DNA of 32,839 bases, from assembly GCA_045105055.1 (NCBI GenBank), contig JBGCDC010000141.1, forward strand, positions 1 to 32,839. The letters are read 5' to 3'. Shown here one piece after another: positions 1 through 9,727 of the stretch. Within the stretch, counting starts at the first letter, position 1; each line of letters begins with the position of its first letter. Origin of the DNA: Phycisphaeraceae bacterium. Lineage in GTDB: Bacteria; Planctomycetota; Phycisphaerae; Phycisphaerales; Phycisphaeraceae. The translations under genes were made by a program, and so were the position numbers. A model generated the notes under the pieces. That model was given only the letters and a program-made list of their open reading frames with translations. It was not told the DNA's origin and ran no database searches.

Positions 1-333
1 GCGGTCTAGGATTTTGACTTCGACGATCTCTTCGATGTTGGCGAGCTGCGATGGGCTCAGGTCATTTTCAAAGAGCACGACATCCGCGCCGTGGAAGGCG
101 ACCATCTCTTTGAGTTCTTGGACTTTGCCCTTGCCGAGGAACGTCTTGGCGCTAGGCTTAGCACGTTTTTGCATTAGCCCATCAACCACTTCTGCCCCTG
201 CGGTGTCGGCTAGCGCGCGGAGCTCTCCCAACGGGGCGTGCGGGTCCAGCCCGTTGTTGGGCAAGAGGACGCCGACGAGCACCGCTTTTTCCTGAGCGAC
301 GGACAGAGAGTTTTCGCGTTTGCCTAGTTCCAA
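1..333 (-). CDS. hflX: GTPase HflX, N-terminal part (runs off the window edge)
   Basis: Not in the ORF track. Manual translation from TTG at 333 gives MELGKRENSLSVAQEKAVLVGV...ELRALADTAGAEVV...Q.RAKP...TFLGKGKVQEL...FENDLSPSQLANIE...VKILDR, the HflX N-domain signature. AAAGGAA SD-like sequence upstream. Confidence 0.93.
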   Translation of the reverse strand, partial: MELGKRENSLSVAQEKAVLVGVLLPNNGLDPHAPLGELRALADTAGAEVVDGLMQKRAKPSAKTFLGKGKVQELKEMVAFHGADVVLFENDLSPSQLANIEEIVEVKILDR

Positions 334-432
334 GTGGGTGGGGTTCCTTTGCGGTGAACGGGACAGTGTAGCCGAGGCGAAGGGTCCGACTCTACAAAAA
401 CGCCCACAAGTCCAGCCCTTGCGGGGATGGGT

Positions 433-455
433 GCCCGCGGACAGAGTCCGTGGGC
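433..455. repeat. Short GC-rich hairpin (REP-like or terminator) GCCCGCGGAC-AGA-GTCCGTGGGC
   Basis: 10-bp stem with one G-T pair, just downstream of the 477..800 gene stop and upstream of hflX. Confidence 0.45.
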
Positions 456-476
456 TTCGATGGGTGACGAGAGGGT

Positions 477-800
477 TTACTTAGGCGGCTTCACCGCGAT
501 GCGTCGACGTGGCGATTGCTTGGAAGCCCATGCGGCGAACTTCGCGATCTCGGGGTGTCCTGCGAGGGCTTCGAGGGTGTTGTACGCCGCTTCGAGTTCT
601 TGTTCGCTTAAGTGTGCGTGAACCGTACTGTGGCAGGGTTGGCAGAGCATCGCGATCCTAGTGGGCAGCTCTTTGCGGTCGAATCGCTCTTGGGCGCTGC
701 GTCGGCGGTGGCGCTTGCGGGGGATGAGGTGGTGCTTGGTGAGCTTCAATCCGGTGCGCTGGCAGAGTTCGCAGGCAGGTTGGGTGTGCTCGTGCGGCAT
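477..800 (-). CDS. Small HNH-endonuclease-like protein (YisB-like)
   Basis: CELC...LTKHHLIP...LCQPCHSTVH...YNTLEAL motif. Start moved to ATG 800 (MPHEH), which lies 7 nt after TAGAAT. Confidence 0.75.
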   Translation of the reverse strand: MPHEHTQPACELCQRTGLKLTKHHLIPRKRHRRRSAQERFDRKELPTRIAMLCQPCHSTVHAHLSEQELEAAYNTLEALAGHPEIAKFAAWASKQSPRRRIAVKPPK

Positions 801-890
801 GAGAATGATTCTATGAAATTTCGCGTGTTCGCTTGCAAGATCCCGCCGCGTGCCCCTGTGCGTGCAGGCAGTGGGCTTCAATAGCGCGAT

Positions 891-1928
891 TCAATCCTCA
901 CCCAGCGCATCGCTTAGTGCTTGCAGCGGGTCGCTGGATTGCGATGCGGCGGGGCGAACATCGCGCATGATCAGGGCGATGAGCTGACGCATCTGCCGGA
1001 TGAGCGTGGGGTAGTCGGCGGAGCGGTTGTCCGGTTCCAGTGCCATCATGCTCTGGACGAGTCGGCCGGTGTCGGTGTTCAAGAGCGAGTTGTACTGGCA
1101 TGGGTCCGGCGGGGGGATCTTAAAGCGACGGAGCACGATGTCGCGTGGCGAAGCGCCTTGTTTCTTGAAAGGTGGGTCGCCGGTGAGCATGTGGAACAAG
1201 CCCGCGCCGAGGGAGTAGATGTCCGCGCGGTGGTCGGCGACTTGCCCTCGGGCGATTTCGGGGGACATGTAGTAGGGACTGCCGACGACCTTGCCGTCCT
1301 TTTGTTTGCTCAGGCTCTCGGCGAGGCCGAAGTCGATGAGCTTGGCTCGGCCTTCACGGTCGAGCAGCAGGTTGCCGGGCTTCACGTCGCGGTGCAGTAG
1401 GCCGAGCTTGTGCCCGGCGTAGAGGCCTTGCGCGGTATCGATGGCGATCTCGATGGCGTGGACTTCATCGATCGGGCCGTCCTTCTGGATCAGGCCTAGC
1501 ACGGAGCCGCCTTCGACCAGTTCCATGATGATGTAGGGCTGGCCCATGTCTTCGGACATCGCGTAGACCTGTGCGACGCAGGGGTCATTGATCGAGCCTT
1601 GCACGCGGGCCTCGCGGAGGGCGCCTTGGTAGAGGTCGTCGTCCTTGCTCGGCGGGGCGGAGACGATCTTCAACGCGACCTGCCGAGCGAGCACCTCGTC
1701 GTAAGCTTTATAGACCGAGCCCATCGCTCCAGCGGCGAGGCGTTTGAACAACAGGTACTGGCCGATCTGGCAGGGCACCTCGAACCGGGCGCCGCACTCA
1801 GGGCAGGCCTGGTTGGAGAGCGGCTTGAAGACCGTGATATCGATCTTGTGCTTACAGCCCGTGCAGGTGATCTGCTTGATACGGTTGACGCGGATTTCAC
1901 GGTTGTCGCGGGCCAAGGCATGCTCCAT
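891..1928 (-). CDS. Hanks-type Ser/Thr protein kinase with N-terminal zinc ribbon
   Basis: LAAGAMGSVY, VALK, HRDVKPGN, DFG, GSPYYMSPE and DIYSLG motifs. N-terminal CTGC...CPEC. No TM segment. Confidence 0.93.
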   Translation of the reverse strand: MEHALARDNREIRVNRIKQITCTGCKHKIDITVFKPLSNQACPECGARFEVPCQIGQYLLFKRLAAGAMGSVYKAYDEVLARQVALKIVSAPPSKDDDLYQGALREARVQGSINDPCVAQVYAMSEDMGQPYIIMELVEGGSVLGLIQKDGPIDEVHAIEIAIDTAQGLYAGHKLGLLHRDVKPGNLLLDREGRAKLIDFGLAESLSKQKDGKVVGSPYYMSPEIARGQVADHRADIYSLGAGLFHMLTGDPPFKKQGASPRDIVLRRFKIPPPDPCQYNSLLNTDTGRLVQSMMALEPDNRSADYPTLIRQMRQLIALIMRDVRPAASQSSDPLQALSDALGED

Positions 1929-2001
1929 AGGGCGTGCGTGCAGTTTACCGCCATTTTGGGGGATGGCGAGTAAAGTTAAACGATCGGCGTGGAATATCGC
2001 C

Positions 2002-2029
2002 TTGCATCATCGCCCAGCCGTGCTACACT
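2002..2029 (+). promoter_or_regulatory. Sigma70-type promoter for rpmB
   Basis: TTGCAT-N16-TACACT with extended -10 TGn (TGCTACACT), ~57 nt upstream of the rpmB ATG. Confidence 0.55.
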
Positions 2030-2086
2030 ATTCGGCTCGCTAAGGCCCGTGCCAGCGACACCCTGACCACTCATAAGGGACCGACC

Positions 2087-2362
2087 ATGCCCCGCGTTTG
2101 CGAATATACCGGTAAGAAGACGACCGCTGGCCTTAGCTACACCCACCGCGGTAAGGCGAAGTACCTCGGCGGTGTCGGTACGAAGATCACGGGCAAGACC
2201 AAGCGCACCTTCAAGCCTAACATCCAGGTCGTCAACGCCCTGATGGAAGACGGCAGCGTCCGCAAGGTCAAGGCATCGACCCGTGCGATCCGCAACGGCC
2301 TCGTTGTTAAGCCACTGAAGCGACGTTTTGCTTATAAGCATGACGCCGCTGAACAGGCCTGA
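2087..2362 (+). CDS. rpmB: 50S ribosomal protein L28
   Basis: MPRVCEYTGKKT...GKAKYLGGVG...TKRTFKPNIQ...VKASTRAIR. SD AAGGGA before ATG 2087. The upstream extension in the ORF track is not part of the gene. Confidence 0.95.
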   Translation: MPRVCEYTGKKTTAGLSYTHRGKAKYLGGVGTKITGKTKRTFKPNIQVVNALMEDGSVRKVKASTRAIRNGLVVKPLKRRFAYKHDAAEQA

Positions 2363-2378
2363 TGAAACAAACCAAGAC

Positions 2379-2414
2379 CCGGCAGCGTCTATCCTATTGA
2401 CTTGCCGGTTTTTT
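2379..2414 (+). terminator. Intrinsic terminator after rpmB
   Basis: CCGGCA..GTC / GAC.TGCCGG stem followed by TTTTTT. Confidence 0.7.
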
Positions 2415-2639
2415 GTGCTTTAATTGAATTGACACGCAACATCGCTCCCCGTCGGGGGCTCCTACCGAAGACACGCCTGGCACGCCCGCACAGGATCGGT
2501 CGAACCAACGCCCCGACAGCCACACAAACCGGATAGACCCCAGCGTTCTTTCTTTGTTGAAGGAGAAGGACAAGCTCGGCCGCTCGCTGCGCACAGGCAC
2601 ATTTGCCCAACCGCCGACTCTATCTATTGCAGGACCACG

Positions 2640-4631
2640 ATGAACCCCTCAGGCAACAATGACCGCGACCGCGTGCTCGGATCAACGGACCTCGTCCGCT
2701 TGATCGGTGAGCACGTGCAACTCCGCCCGAAGGGTCGTGAGTTCGCGGGATTGTGCCCGTTTCATGATGACAAGAATCCGTCAATGCAGGTCAGCCCGCA
2801 GAAGCAGATTTACAAGTGCTTTAGCTGCGGCGCGGGTGGTTCGTGCTTCGACTTCGTGATGAATTATCACAAGCTCTCGTTCCCCGAGGCGATGAAGATG
2901 CTCGCGGACCGCGCGGGGATCGAGCTTACACCGTTTCGCCCGGGCAAAGGGGGCGGGGCACCGAACCCGCAGTCGTCCGATCGGCGTAAGCGGTTGCTTG
3001 CGGTGAACGAGCTTGCGCTCGCCTATTTCCAGTCAAAGCTGCAATCACCCGAGGCGGAAAAGGTGCGCGAGTATGTCACCAACCGTGGGATCAGCGACGA
3101 TATGGTCGCGCGGTTTCAGATCGGCTATGCCCCACACAGTTGGCACGCTCTTTCCGAAGAAATCACGGCGAAGCGCTTTGATAAACCTGCCTTCGAGGCC
3201 GCGGGCCTGATCGCTAACGGTCAGCGCGGGATGTACGACAAGCTGCGTCATCGGCTGATCTTCCCGATCTGCGACGACATGGGCCGAGCGATCGCGTTCG
3301 GCGGACGGACGCTGCCAGGCAACGAACTCGACGACCCGACCGTCGATGCGAAGTACCTTAATAGCCCCGAGACGTTGCTTTTTAATAAGTCACGCACCCT
3401 CTACGGCTTGGACCTCGCGAAGAAGGCGATCATCGACGCGAAGACCGCGGTCATCGTCGAGGGCTACACCGATGTGGTCGCTTGTCACCAGCACGAGCGA
3501 TGTAATGTCATCGCGGCATTAGGCACCGCGTTCACCACTGAACACGCAACCAAACTGCGTCGATTCTGCGAGAAGGTCGTGCTCGTGTTCGACGGCGACG
3601 CCGCAGGACACAAAGCGGCGGACCGCGCAGTCGAAGTTTTGCTCACCAGCGAGATCGATGTCGCGGTCGTCATTTTGCCCGAAGGCAAAGACCCAGACGA
3701 ACTACTCGCACAGCCCGATGGCGAGGCGTCATGGGATGCACTGATCGCCGCGGCCCCCAATGCGATGTCGTATTTGTTAACGCAGTTCCAGAACGACCTC
3801 GAAGCCAGCGACACGATGTCGGGCAAGCAGGACGCCTCGACCGCGTTCCTGACTCGGCTTGCTCGGCACGACATCGCCTCTATGCCGGGCATCCGCCGCT
3901 CGCTAGTGCTTACCCGTCTTGCCCAGCTGTTACACATGCCAGACCACGAGGTGCTCGCCGAGCTCAAACGGCTCAAGCCGCGCACCTTCGCTCCGTCCAT
4001 CCCAGCCGTCACAGAAGGCTACGGCCCGGACGAGGTGGGACCGGTAATGGACGAAAATGAACAGGAATACATAGAAAGTCATCATTTTGAAAGGCCTGAA
4101 GGCGATTCATCGTCTAAACTTCGAGCTCAGGAGCAGGCTCAGCGGCAATTAGTCGCCTGTCTGCTACGGGACAATGATTTGTTCCATGCTGCCATGCCCG
4201 ACGGGGCTGATTTTTGCGAATCGGTGCCGCCTGGCGACGTGGACGGAGAAGGAAGACGGGTTTATCAACTGCTGCACGACCGCTTTGCGGATGGCGACAA
4301 CCTGACGCTCCTCAGTTTGCTTGCAGAACTGGCCGAACGCGGCTGGGACAACGAACGACGCTGGCTGACCCGGGCGGATGTAGAGCTAGACCAGCTCGTC
4401 GGAGAAGACCCGGCCAAGCTGAAACACCTGTTCGCCGACTCGGCACAGGCCATCATGAAACACCGACGCCGACAGGCGTTTGATCAAGACCGCCGCTCGC
4501 TCGTTGCTAGCGGTGAAAGACCCAACGACCCCGTCGCCGCAGCGCTCGAACTGGCCGGACATGCCCAGCGCCTCGCCCAGCAGCGCCGCGACGAACAAGA
4601 CCCCGGCCGTATCGCACGCGGCAACAGTTAA
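2640..4631 (+). CDS. dnaG: DNA primase
   Basis: CPFH...CFSC zinc finger, KYLNSPET, TOPRIM motifs VEGYTD, FDGDAAG and KDPD. Confidence 0.97.
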   Translation: MNPSGNNDRDRVLGSTDLVRLIGEHVQLRPKGREFAGLCPFHDDKNPSMQVSPQKQIYKCFSCGAGGSCFDFVMNYHKLSFPEAMKMLADRAGIELTPFRPGKGGGAPNPQSSDRRKRLLAVNELALAYFQSKLQSPEAEKVREYVTNRGISDDMVARFQIGYAPHSWHALSEEITAKRFDKPAFEAAGLIANGQRGMYDKLRHRLIFPICDDMGRAIAFGGRTLPGNELDDPTVDAKYLNSPETLLFNKSRTLYGLDLAKKAIIDAKTAVIVEGYTDVVACHQHERCNVIAALGTAFTTEHATKLRRFCEKVVLVFDGDAAGHKAADRAVEVLLTSEIDVAVVILPEGKDPDELLAQPDGEASWDALIAAAPNAMSYLLTQFQNDLEASDTMSGKQDASTAFLTRLARHDIASMPGIRRSLVLTRLAQLLHMPDHEVLAELKRLKPRTFAPSIPAVTEGYGPDEVGPVMDENEQEYIESHHFERPEGDSSSKLRAQEQAQRQLVACLLRDNDLFHAAMPDGADFCESVPPGDVDGEGRRVYQLLHDRFADGDNLTLLSLLAELAERGWDNERRWLTRADVELDQLVGEDPAKLKHLFADSAQAIMKHRRRQAFDQDRRSLVASGERPNDPVAAALELAGHAQRLAQQRRDEQDPGRIARGNS

Positions 4632-4696
4632 TTGAAGTACCGCAGACACAAACATCGAAGCCTTGACAAAAGGCCGAATCAGACGGAGACCGATCC

Positions 4697-6502
4697 TTGC
4701 TAATTGACATCCTTAATCCCGCCGTTTTCGAACTCATGGAGCATGGCAAACAAGCCGGCTTCATCACCTTCGATCAGCTCAACGCCTCTTTGCCCGACCG
4801 CTACGTCGAGCCAGATGTGCTCGATGAGCTGCTCGTTATCCTGCGTCAGACCGAGGTCGAGATGGTCTCGGCCATGGCTCTGCCCATGAGCAAGCGACCT
4901 TACGACAAAGAGAAGCTAGGCCTAAAGGTCGAGTCCGCTGCTGAGCCCTCTGCGGAAAAAGAGGCCGCTGAAGAAGACGCCCCTGCTAAGGGTGCGAAGG
5001 CCGCGAGCAACGAAGAAAAGTCGGACGACGACGAGCCGGATCTACTGACACCCGAGCAGGCCCGCGCCGAACTCGCCGCCGCGCTGTCCGAGCCTAGCAC
5101 GAAGCGCATCGACGACCCCGTGCGCATGTACCTCACGCAGATGGGCGAGATCAGCCTGCTGACCCGCGATGAAGAGATCCGTCTTGCGAAGAAGATTGAG
5201 ATGTGCCGCTACGTGTTCCGCCGCAAGGTGTTGATGAACGACTACTCGATCGCCCAGTGCGTCGAAATCCTCGACATGGTTCACGCCGGCGACCTGCCGT
5301 TTGACCGGACGATGAAGATCAGTACCGCAGAGGAAAACGCGAAAGAAAAAATCGCGACCCGTATCCCCAATAACCTCAAGACCATCAAGAAGCTTCTCGA
5401 GCTCAACCGCGAGTTGTGGGAGCAGATGGAAACCGAGGAGCTGACCGAAGAGCAGTACGAAGTCGTGCATGCTGAGATCCGCGACCGTCGTCGTAAGATG
5501 GCATCGCTGATCGAAGAGTGCTCACTGCGGACGTCGCGCGTCCAGCCGATGCTCAAGAAGCTGACCTCGATCAGCCGGAAGATGAACGAACTTGTCGCCG
5601 AGCTTGAGAAGGCCGAAGAGTTCCCCGATCGTTACGATCCTGAAGATGTGATGGTGATGGAAGAGGAGCTGGCGGGTTTGCGTTCGCTGGTCCTCGAAGA
5701 GCCAGAAGAGCTTGAAGCCCGCGTCGCGGATGTGCGACTCGTCTTTGACGAGTATGAGTCCGCCAAGCGTGACCTCTCCGGCGGCAACCTCCGCCTCGTT
5801 GTCTCGATCGCCAAGAAGTATCGTAACCGCGGCCTCTCCTTCCTCGACATCATCCAAGAAGGCAACACCGGCCTGATGCGTGCAGTCGACAAGTACGAGT
5901 ACAAGCGTGGTTATAAATTCTCAACCTATGCAACGTGGTGGATCCGTCAGGCCATCACCCGCGCGATCGCTGACCATGCACGCACGATCCGCATCCCGGT
6001 CCACATGATCGAGACGATGAGCAAGCTCCGCAACATCCAGAAGCACCTGCTTCAGGACTTGTCCCGCGAGCCCACCATCGAAGAAATCGCAGAAGCCGCG
6101 GATATGCCCGTCGTCGAAGCACGTCGCGTGATGAAGATCAGCCGACACCCCATCTCGCTGGACCGACCCGTTGGCGAGTCGGAAGACTCCTACTTCGGCG
6201 ACTTCATCGAAGATGAGTCCGCACGCAACCCCACCGACGCCGCGACCAGCGACATGCTCAAGCAGCGTATCGAGTCGGTCCTCAAGACCCTCACCTACCG
6301 CGAGCGCGAGATCATTAAGCTCCGCTACGGCATCGGCGACGGCTACACCTACACCCTCGAAGAGGTCGGCCGAATCTTCAAAGTCACCCGCGAACGCGTG
6401 CGACAAGTCGAAGCAAAAGCCATCCGCAAGCTGCAACACCCCGTGCGCAGCCGAAAGCTCGCCGGCTTCATCGATGGCGAAGAAGAAGAAATGCTCAAGT
6501 AA
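4697..6502 (+). CDS. rpoD: Primary RNA polymerase sigma factor RpoD
   Basis: Region 1.1, [44 protein letters not shown] and [12 protein letters not shown] start with GGAGA SD. Confidence 0.97.
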   Translation: MLIDILNPAVFELMEHGKQAGFITFDQLNASLPDRYVEPDVLDELLVILRQTEVEMVSAMALPMSKRPYDKEKLGLKVESAAEPSAEKEAAEEDAPAKGAKAASNEEKSDDDEPDLLTPEQARAELAAALSEPSTKRIDDPVRMYLTQMGEISLLTRDEEIRLAKKIEMCRYVFRRKVLMNDYSIAQCVEILDMVHAGDLPFDRTMKISTAEENAKEKIATRIPNNLKTIKKLLELNRELWEQMETEELTEEQYEVVHAEIRDRRRKMASLIEECSLRTSRVQPMLKKLTSISRKMNELVAELEKAEEFPDRYDPEDVMVMEEELAGLRSLVLEEPEELEARVADVRLVFDEYESAKRDLSGGNLRLVVSIAKKYRNRGLSFLDIIQEGNTGLMRAVDKYEYKRGYKFSTYATWWIRQAITRAIADHARTIRIPVHMIETMSKLRNIQKHLLQDLSREPTIEEIAEAADMPVVEARRVMKISRHPISLDRPVGESEDSYFGDFIEDESARNPTDAATSDMLKQRIESVLKTLTYREREIIKLRYGIGDGYTYTLEEVGRIFKVTRERVRQVEAKAIRKLQHPVRSRKLAGFIDGEEEEMLK

Positions 6503-6529
6503 AAAGCCAACACGACGTGTTAGGAGATG

Positions 6530-6569
6530 CCGGCCCGTGCGAAAGTAGTTCGCGTACGGGCCGGTTTTT
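6530..6569 (+). terminator. Intrinsic terminator after rpoD
   Basis: CCGGCCCGT-GCGAA...TTCGC-GT-ACGGGCCGG stem followed by TTTTT. Confidence 0.75.
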
Positions 6570-6581
6570 CGTTGTTGGGTT

Positions 6582-6680
6582 GGGTGCCACATTGCGTGCC
6601 GTAGGCCGCTGTGTGCGAATCTTCTTTTGGCGATCAAGACAGTTCGCACACAGCGTCCTACGGCACGCAATGTGGCACCC
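6582..6680. repeat. Palindromic REP-doublet/MITE-like element, copy 1 (GGGTGCCAC...GTGGCACCC)
   Basis: 38-bp arms (6582-6619 and 6643-6680) with 37/38 complementarity and a 23-nt spacer. Homologous copy at 31064-31160. Confidence 0.85.
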
Positions 6681-6704
6681 CGTAGAAAAGCTATTTGAGC
6701 ACGA

Positions 6705-7415
6705 TTAACGCTTCTGCTCAAATAACCACTTCCACATCGCCTCATCGTCGTACGCCTTGTCCCAGCTGTTGTGGCCGACGCCTGGGTAGGTTGTTAGCTT
6801 GGCTCGCTTACCGCCTCTGCGGTTCATGATCTCGATCATACGTGTTGATTCTTCCAGGGGGACGACGCGATCGTTCTCGCCATGGAAGGCCCATGTCGGT
6901 GTGTTCGCAAGCCGCTTTGCATCGAAATAAACGCCGCCGCCACAGACCGGTACCGCCGCAGCAAAACGTTCGGGTTGTCGCGCTGCGAGTGCGAACGTGC
7001 CGTAGCCGCCCATGGATAAGCCAGTGACGTAGATGCGTTTGGGATCGACGTTGTATTGTGCTTCGATCTTGTCAAGCAGCGCGATCAGCGTGTCAATCTC
7101 CCAACTCCACCACGAGTCCTTTGGGCATTGTGGCGAGACAACAATCGCGCCAAAGTCATGCCCGTTCTCCACCATCATCGGCGGGCCATGCAGCTTGACC
7201 TTCTTGAGATCATTCCCACGCTCGCCTGCTCCGTGGAGAAACAGCAGCAACGGCACGTCATCACCATCGGCCTCATAACCTTCTGGCAAAGCGATGAGAT
7301 AGTCGAGCGTCTTGGTCTCTTTGACCTCGACTTCAAAGCGTGCTTCGTTTTGATTCATGGCTAGACCCTGCATAGCAAGTAGCAGAGCGAACGATAGAGC
7401 AAGTGTTTTAAGCAT
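6705..7415 (-). CDS. Secreted alpha/beta hydrolase (carboxylesterase/predicted peptidase family)
   Basis: Signal peptide, FLHGAGERG, nucleophile GLSMGG, FHGEND and GHNSW (Ser-Asp-His triad). Confidence 0.88.
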   Translation of the reverse strand: MLKTLALSFALLLAMQGLAMNQNEARFEVEVKETKTLDYLIALPEGYEADGDDVPLLLFLHGAGERGNDLKKVKLHGPPMMVENGHDFGAIVVSPQCPKDSWWSWEIDTLIALLDKIEAQYNVDPKRIYVTGLSMGGYGTFALAARQPERFAAAVPVCGGGVYFDAKRLANTPTWAFHGENDRVVPLEESTRMIEIMNRRGGKRAKLTTYPGVGHNSWDKAYDDEAMWKWLFEQKR

Positions 7416-7448
7416 GCCACCATGCTAATCAACTTTAGTTGGATCGCG

Positions 7449-8363
7449 TTAAGCCACATCGCGCAGCGTGTCTGGCAGTTGCTCGACGCCCTTAAGTAGG
7501 GTCGCGCGGTAGTGGGCGCTGCCTAGCCACCATGGTCGGCGGAGGAGTTGTTGCCAGAGGAAGGTTCGGCCGGCACTGTCTTGGCACTCGGCTTCAGCTA
7601 GTGCATAGATTCGGCGGCGTTCGTCGCAGTTCCGCCAGAGCTGGTAACGCTGCGGAAGCGACAAGTGATTTGCGTAGCTCTCGGCGGCTTCGATGTACTC
7701 GAGCCCTTTGGCGAGGGTGACGGGGACGGGGCAGGGAACGCCCGCGTCGCGGATGGCGGCGAAGGTGAGTGTCGACAGTTCGGGCCAGACGCCTGCGGCG
7801 AGGAGACGGCCTGCAATTTCAAAACTCCATGCGTATTGCAGGTCAGTTTGTAGGCCGTTGTAATCTTCGAAGAGTTCGCGGCGGAAGAAGCTTGCGGACA
7901 TAGGCAGCAGACCCGAGTCGTGCACGAGGTAGGAAGCGAGTGAGCTCGGGTTGCTGGGGGTCATTGAGCCGAGCGATTCGTCTAGGGCGCCGATCTTGTG
8001 GGCACTTCCGACGAGCCATTTTGGTTTGTCTTCAAGTGTCATACGCTTCACAGCGTGTTCGATTGAGCCGGGCAATAGAACGTCGTCAGCGGCGAGGATG
8101 CAGACGATTTCGCCGGTGCAACGGACCAAGCCCGCGTTGACGGCTTCGGCCGGGCCGGAGTCCCACTCGCTGTGCCAGTAGGTCAGGTCGTCGTCGTACA
8201 TGTTGAGGATGTCGACACTGTCGTCTTCGCTGCCGCCGTCGAGCACAATGAGTTCGAGGTTCTCATAGCCTTGGTCCATGGCCGAGCAGATGGCCTGCTC
8301 AACGAATTGGCCGTGGTTGAGGCAGGGGATGATCACGGAGACGCGGGGCTTGTTGGTTGACAT
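7449..8363 (-). CDS. Glycosyltransferase family 2
   Basis: VSVIIPCLN...LDGGSEDDS...AVNAGL...ILAADD. Confidence 0.88.
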   Translation of the reverse strand: MSTNKPRVSVIIPCLNHGQFVEQAICSAMDQGYENLELIVLDGGSEDDSVDILNMYDDDLTYWHSEWDSGPAEAVNAGLVRCTGEIVCILAADDVLLPGSIEHAVKRMTLEDKPKWLVGSAHKIGALDESLGSMTPSNPSSLASYLVHDSGLLPMSASFFRRELFEDYNGLQTDLQYAWSFEIAGRLLAAGVWPELSTLTFAAIRDAGVPCPVPVTLAKGLEYIEAAESYANHLSLPQRYQLWRNCDERRRIYALAEAECQDSAGRTFLWQQLLRRPWWLGSAHYRATLLKGVEQLPDTLRDVA

Positions 8364-8420
8364 CGCGGGTTCCTTGTCGGCGTTGCAAAGCGAGAGACGA
8401 ACCAGGTGTTCGCCCGTGCA

Positions 8421-8449
8421 ACGTCGGCGTATTCAGAACCCATATGAAG
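8421..8449 (-). promoter_or_regulatory. Candidate sigma28-like promoter CTTCAT-N15-GCCGACGT
   Basis: Same spacing and CTTCAT/GCCGA boxes as at 21332-21360. Lies ~58 nt upstream of ATG 8363. Confidence 0.3.
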
Positions 8450-8491
8450 CGCACAACCGGAATAATCGGCACCTTTTAACATCGCCGATAA

Positions 8492-9727
8492 TTACGCGGC
8501 CAAACGTGCTGATGCAATCGGCTGCGCGTCTAAACCGACGGCTTGCAGGTATCGATCCGCCACGTCGGCCCATGTATAGCTAGCGGCGCGCTGCTTGGCG
8601 ACGCGTCCCATTTCGATTGCGATCGCGGGGTTGGTTGCCATAAGAAGCAGTTTTGCGCCTAGCTCGGCCGGGTCGTGCGAATCAACAACGTAACCCGTCA
8701 CGCCGTTGTCGATGAGTTCGCCGCTGGCGGTATAGACCGGCGGGATCGAGGTGAAGTGCGCGCCCCGTGCGAGCGCCGGTAGGCCGTGTGCGTGTGCCTC
8801 GACGATAACGTTGCCGAAGGTTTCGAAACGCGAAGGCAAGACAAACGTGTTCATCGCGGCGAAAGCGGGGGATGGGTTTTCAAGGTCGCCTGTCCAGATC
8901 GTGTGGTGTGAGAGCCCCGCGTCTTTGATCCATTGCTGGGCTTGGTCGAGCTGTGCGCCACCGCCGACGATGAGCAGCCTTGCATGGTGGGGCATCGCTT
9001 GCGACTTGAGTGCATCAATGAGGAAAGGGAGGTCCTTGCATGGGTCGCCGGGTCGGCCGACAAAGCCGATGACGAATTGCTCGGGCGTTAGGCCGAAGCG
9101 TTCTCGCTGGCAAGTCGTATGCTCGGGCATCGATGCAGGGTTTGGGATGACAAGTGTGTTCGGGCGTGGGCCGTAGTAGTGCTGGTGCTGTTGGAGCAGG
9201 TTGTGTGATTCATCGATCACTGTTGCAGCGTGCTTGTAGGCATAACGATCCAGCTTGCGTGCAAGGTAAGATCGGCCAAGCGGCGCCATCTCGGGAATCG
9301 TCCGCGCGACGTGCGTCATCCCTTCGTAGCAGAACACCGGGCGATACAGTAGTTTGTCGGCGTGGCCCGCGCGGATCACGGCCGTCGCCGCAGTGGGCTC
9401 ATTGGCCCAGTAGATATCGCTTGGCGGGGCTTGCTGGATCGCCCGTTGCCACCAGCGTGCTTGGACTAGTTCCGCGATGCGCCAGAGCCGGCCAAGTTCA
9501 ACCGGTTGGTGACGCTGTACGGTCAGATACTCGCGGGCTTGCTGTGATGCCGGTGCGTGGTCGTGCTGCTCGCTGATCACATGCACATGCGTGCCAGCAT
9601 CCGCAAAGCTATTGGCGAACTGCCAGAGCACACGCTCAAGCCCGCCGAATCGCTGCGGCCAGAACAAGCGGTTCATAAGCGTGATGCGTGGCGGACGTGT
9701 GGTCTGATTATTGATTGAATATTTCAT
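8492..9727 (-). CDS. Glycosyltransferase family 4
   Basis: GGLER N-terminal motif, FVGR...K, and PSRFETFGNVIVEA (EX7E). Confidence 0.92.
   Translation of the reverse strand: MKYSINNQTTRPPRITLMNRLFWPQRFGGLERVLWQFANSFADAGTHVHVISEQHDHAPASQQAREYLTVQRHQPVELGRLWRIAELVQARWWQRAIQQAPPSDIYWANEPTAATAVIRAGHADKLLYRPVFCYEGMTHVARTIPEMAPLGRSYLARKLDRYAYKHAATVIDESHNLLQQHQHYYGPRPNTLVIPNPASMPEHTTCQRERFGLTPEQFVIGFVGRPGDPCKDLPFLIDALKSQAMPHHARLLIVGGGAQLDQAQQWIKDAGLSHHTIWTGDLENPSPAFAAMNTFVLPSRFETFGNVIVEAHAHGLPALARGAHFTSIPPVYTASGELIDNGVTGYVVDSHDPAELGAKLLLMATNPAIAIEMGRVAKQRAASYTWADVADRYLQAVGLDAQPIASARLAA

Noticed and set aside
2429-2434. TTGACA upstream of dnaG (also at 4663-4668 upstream of rpoD)
   Set aside because: No recognisable -10 box at 16-18 nt spacing.
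5921-6745. 274-aa minus-strand ORF
   Set aside because: Antisense shadow of rpoD running through the terminator and palindrome, with no family motifs.
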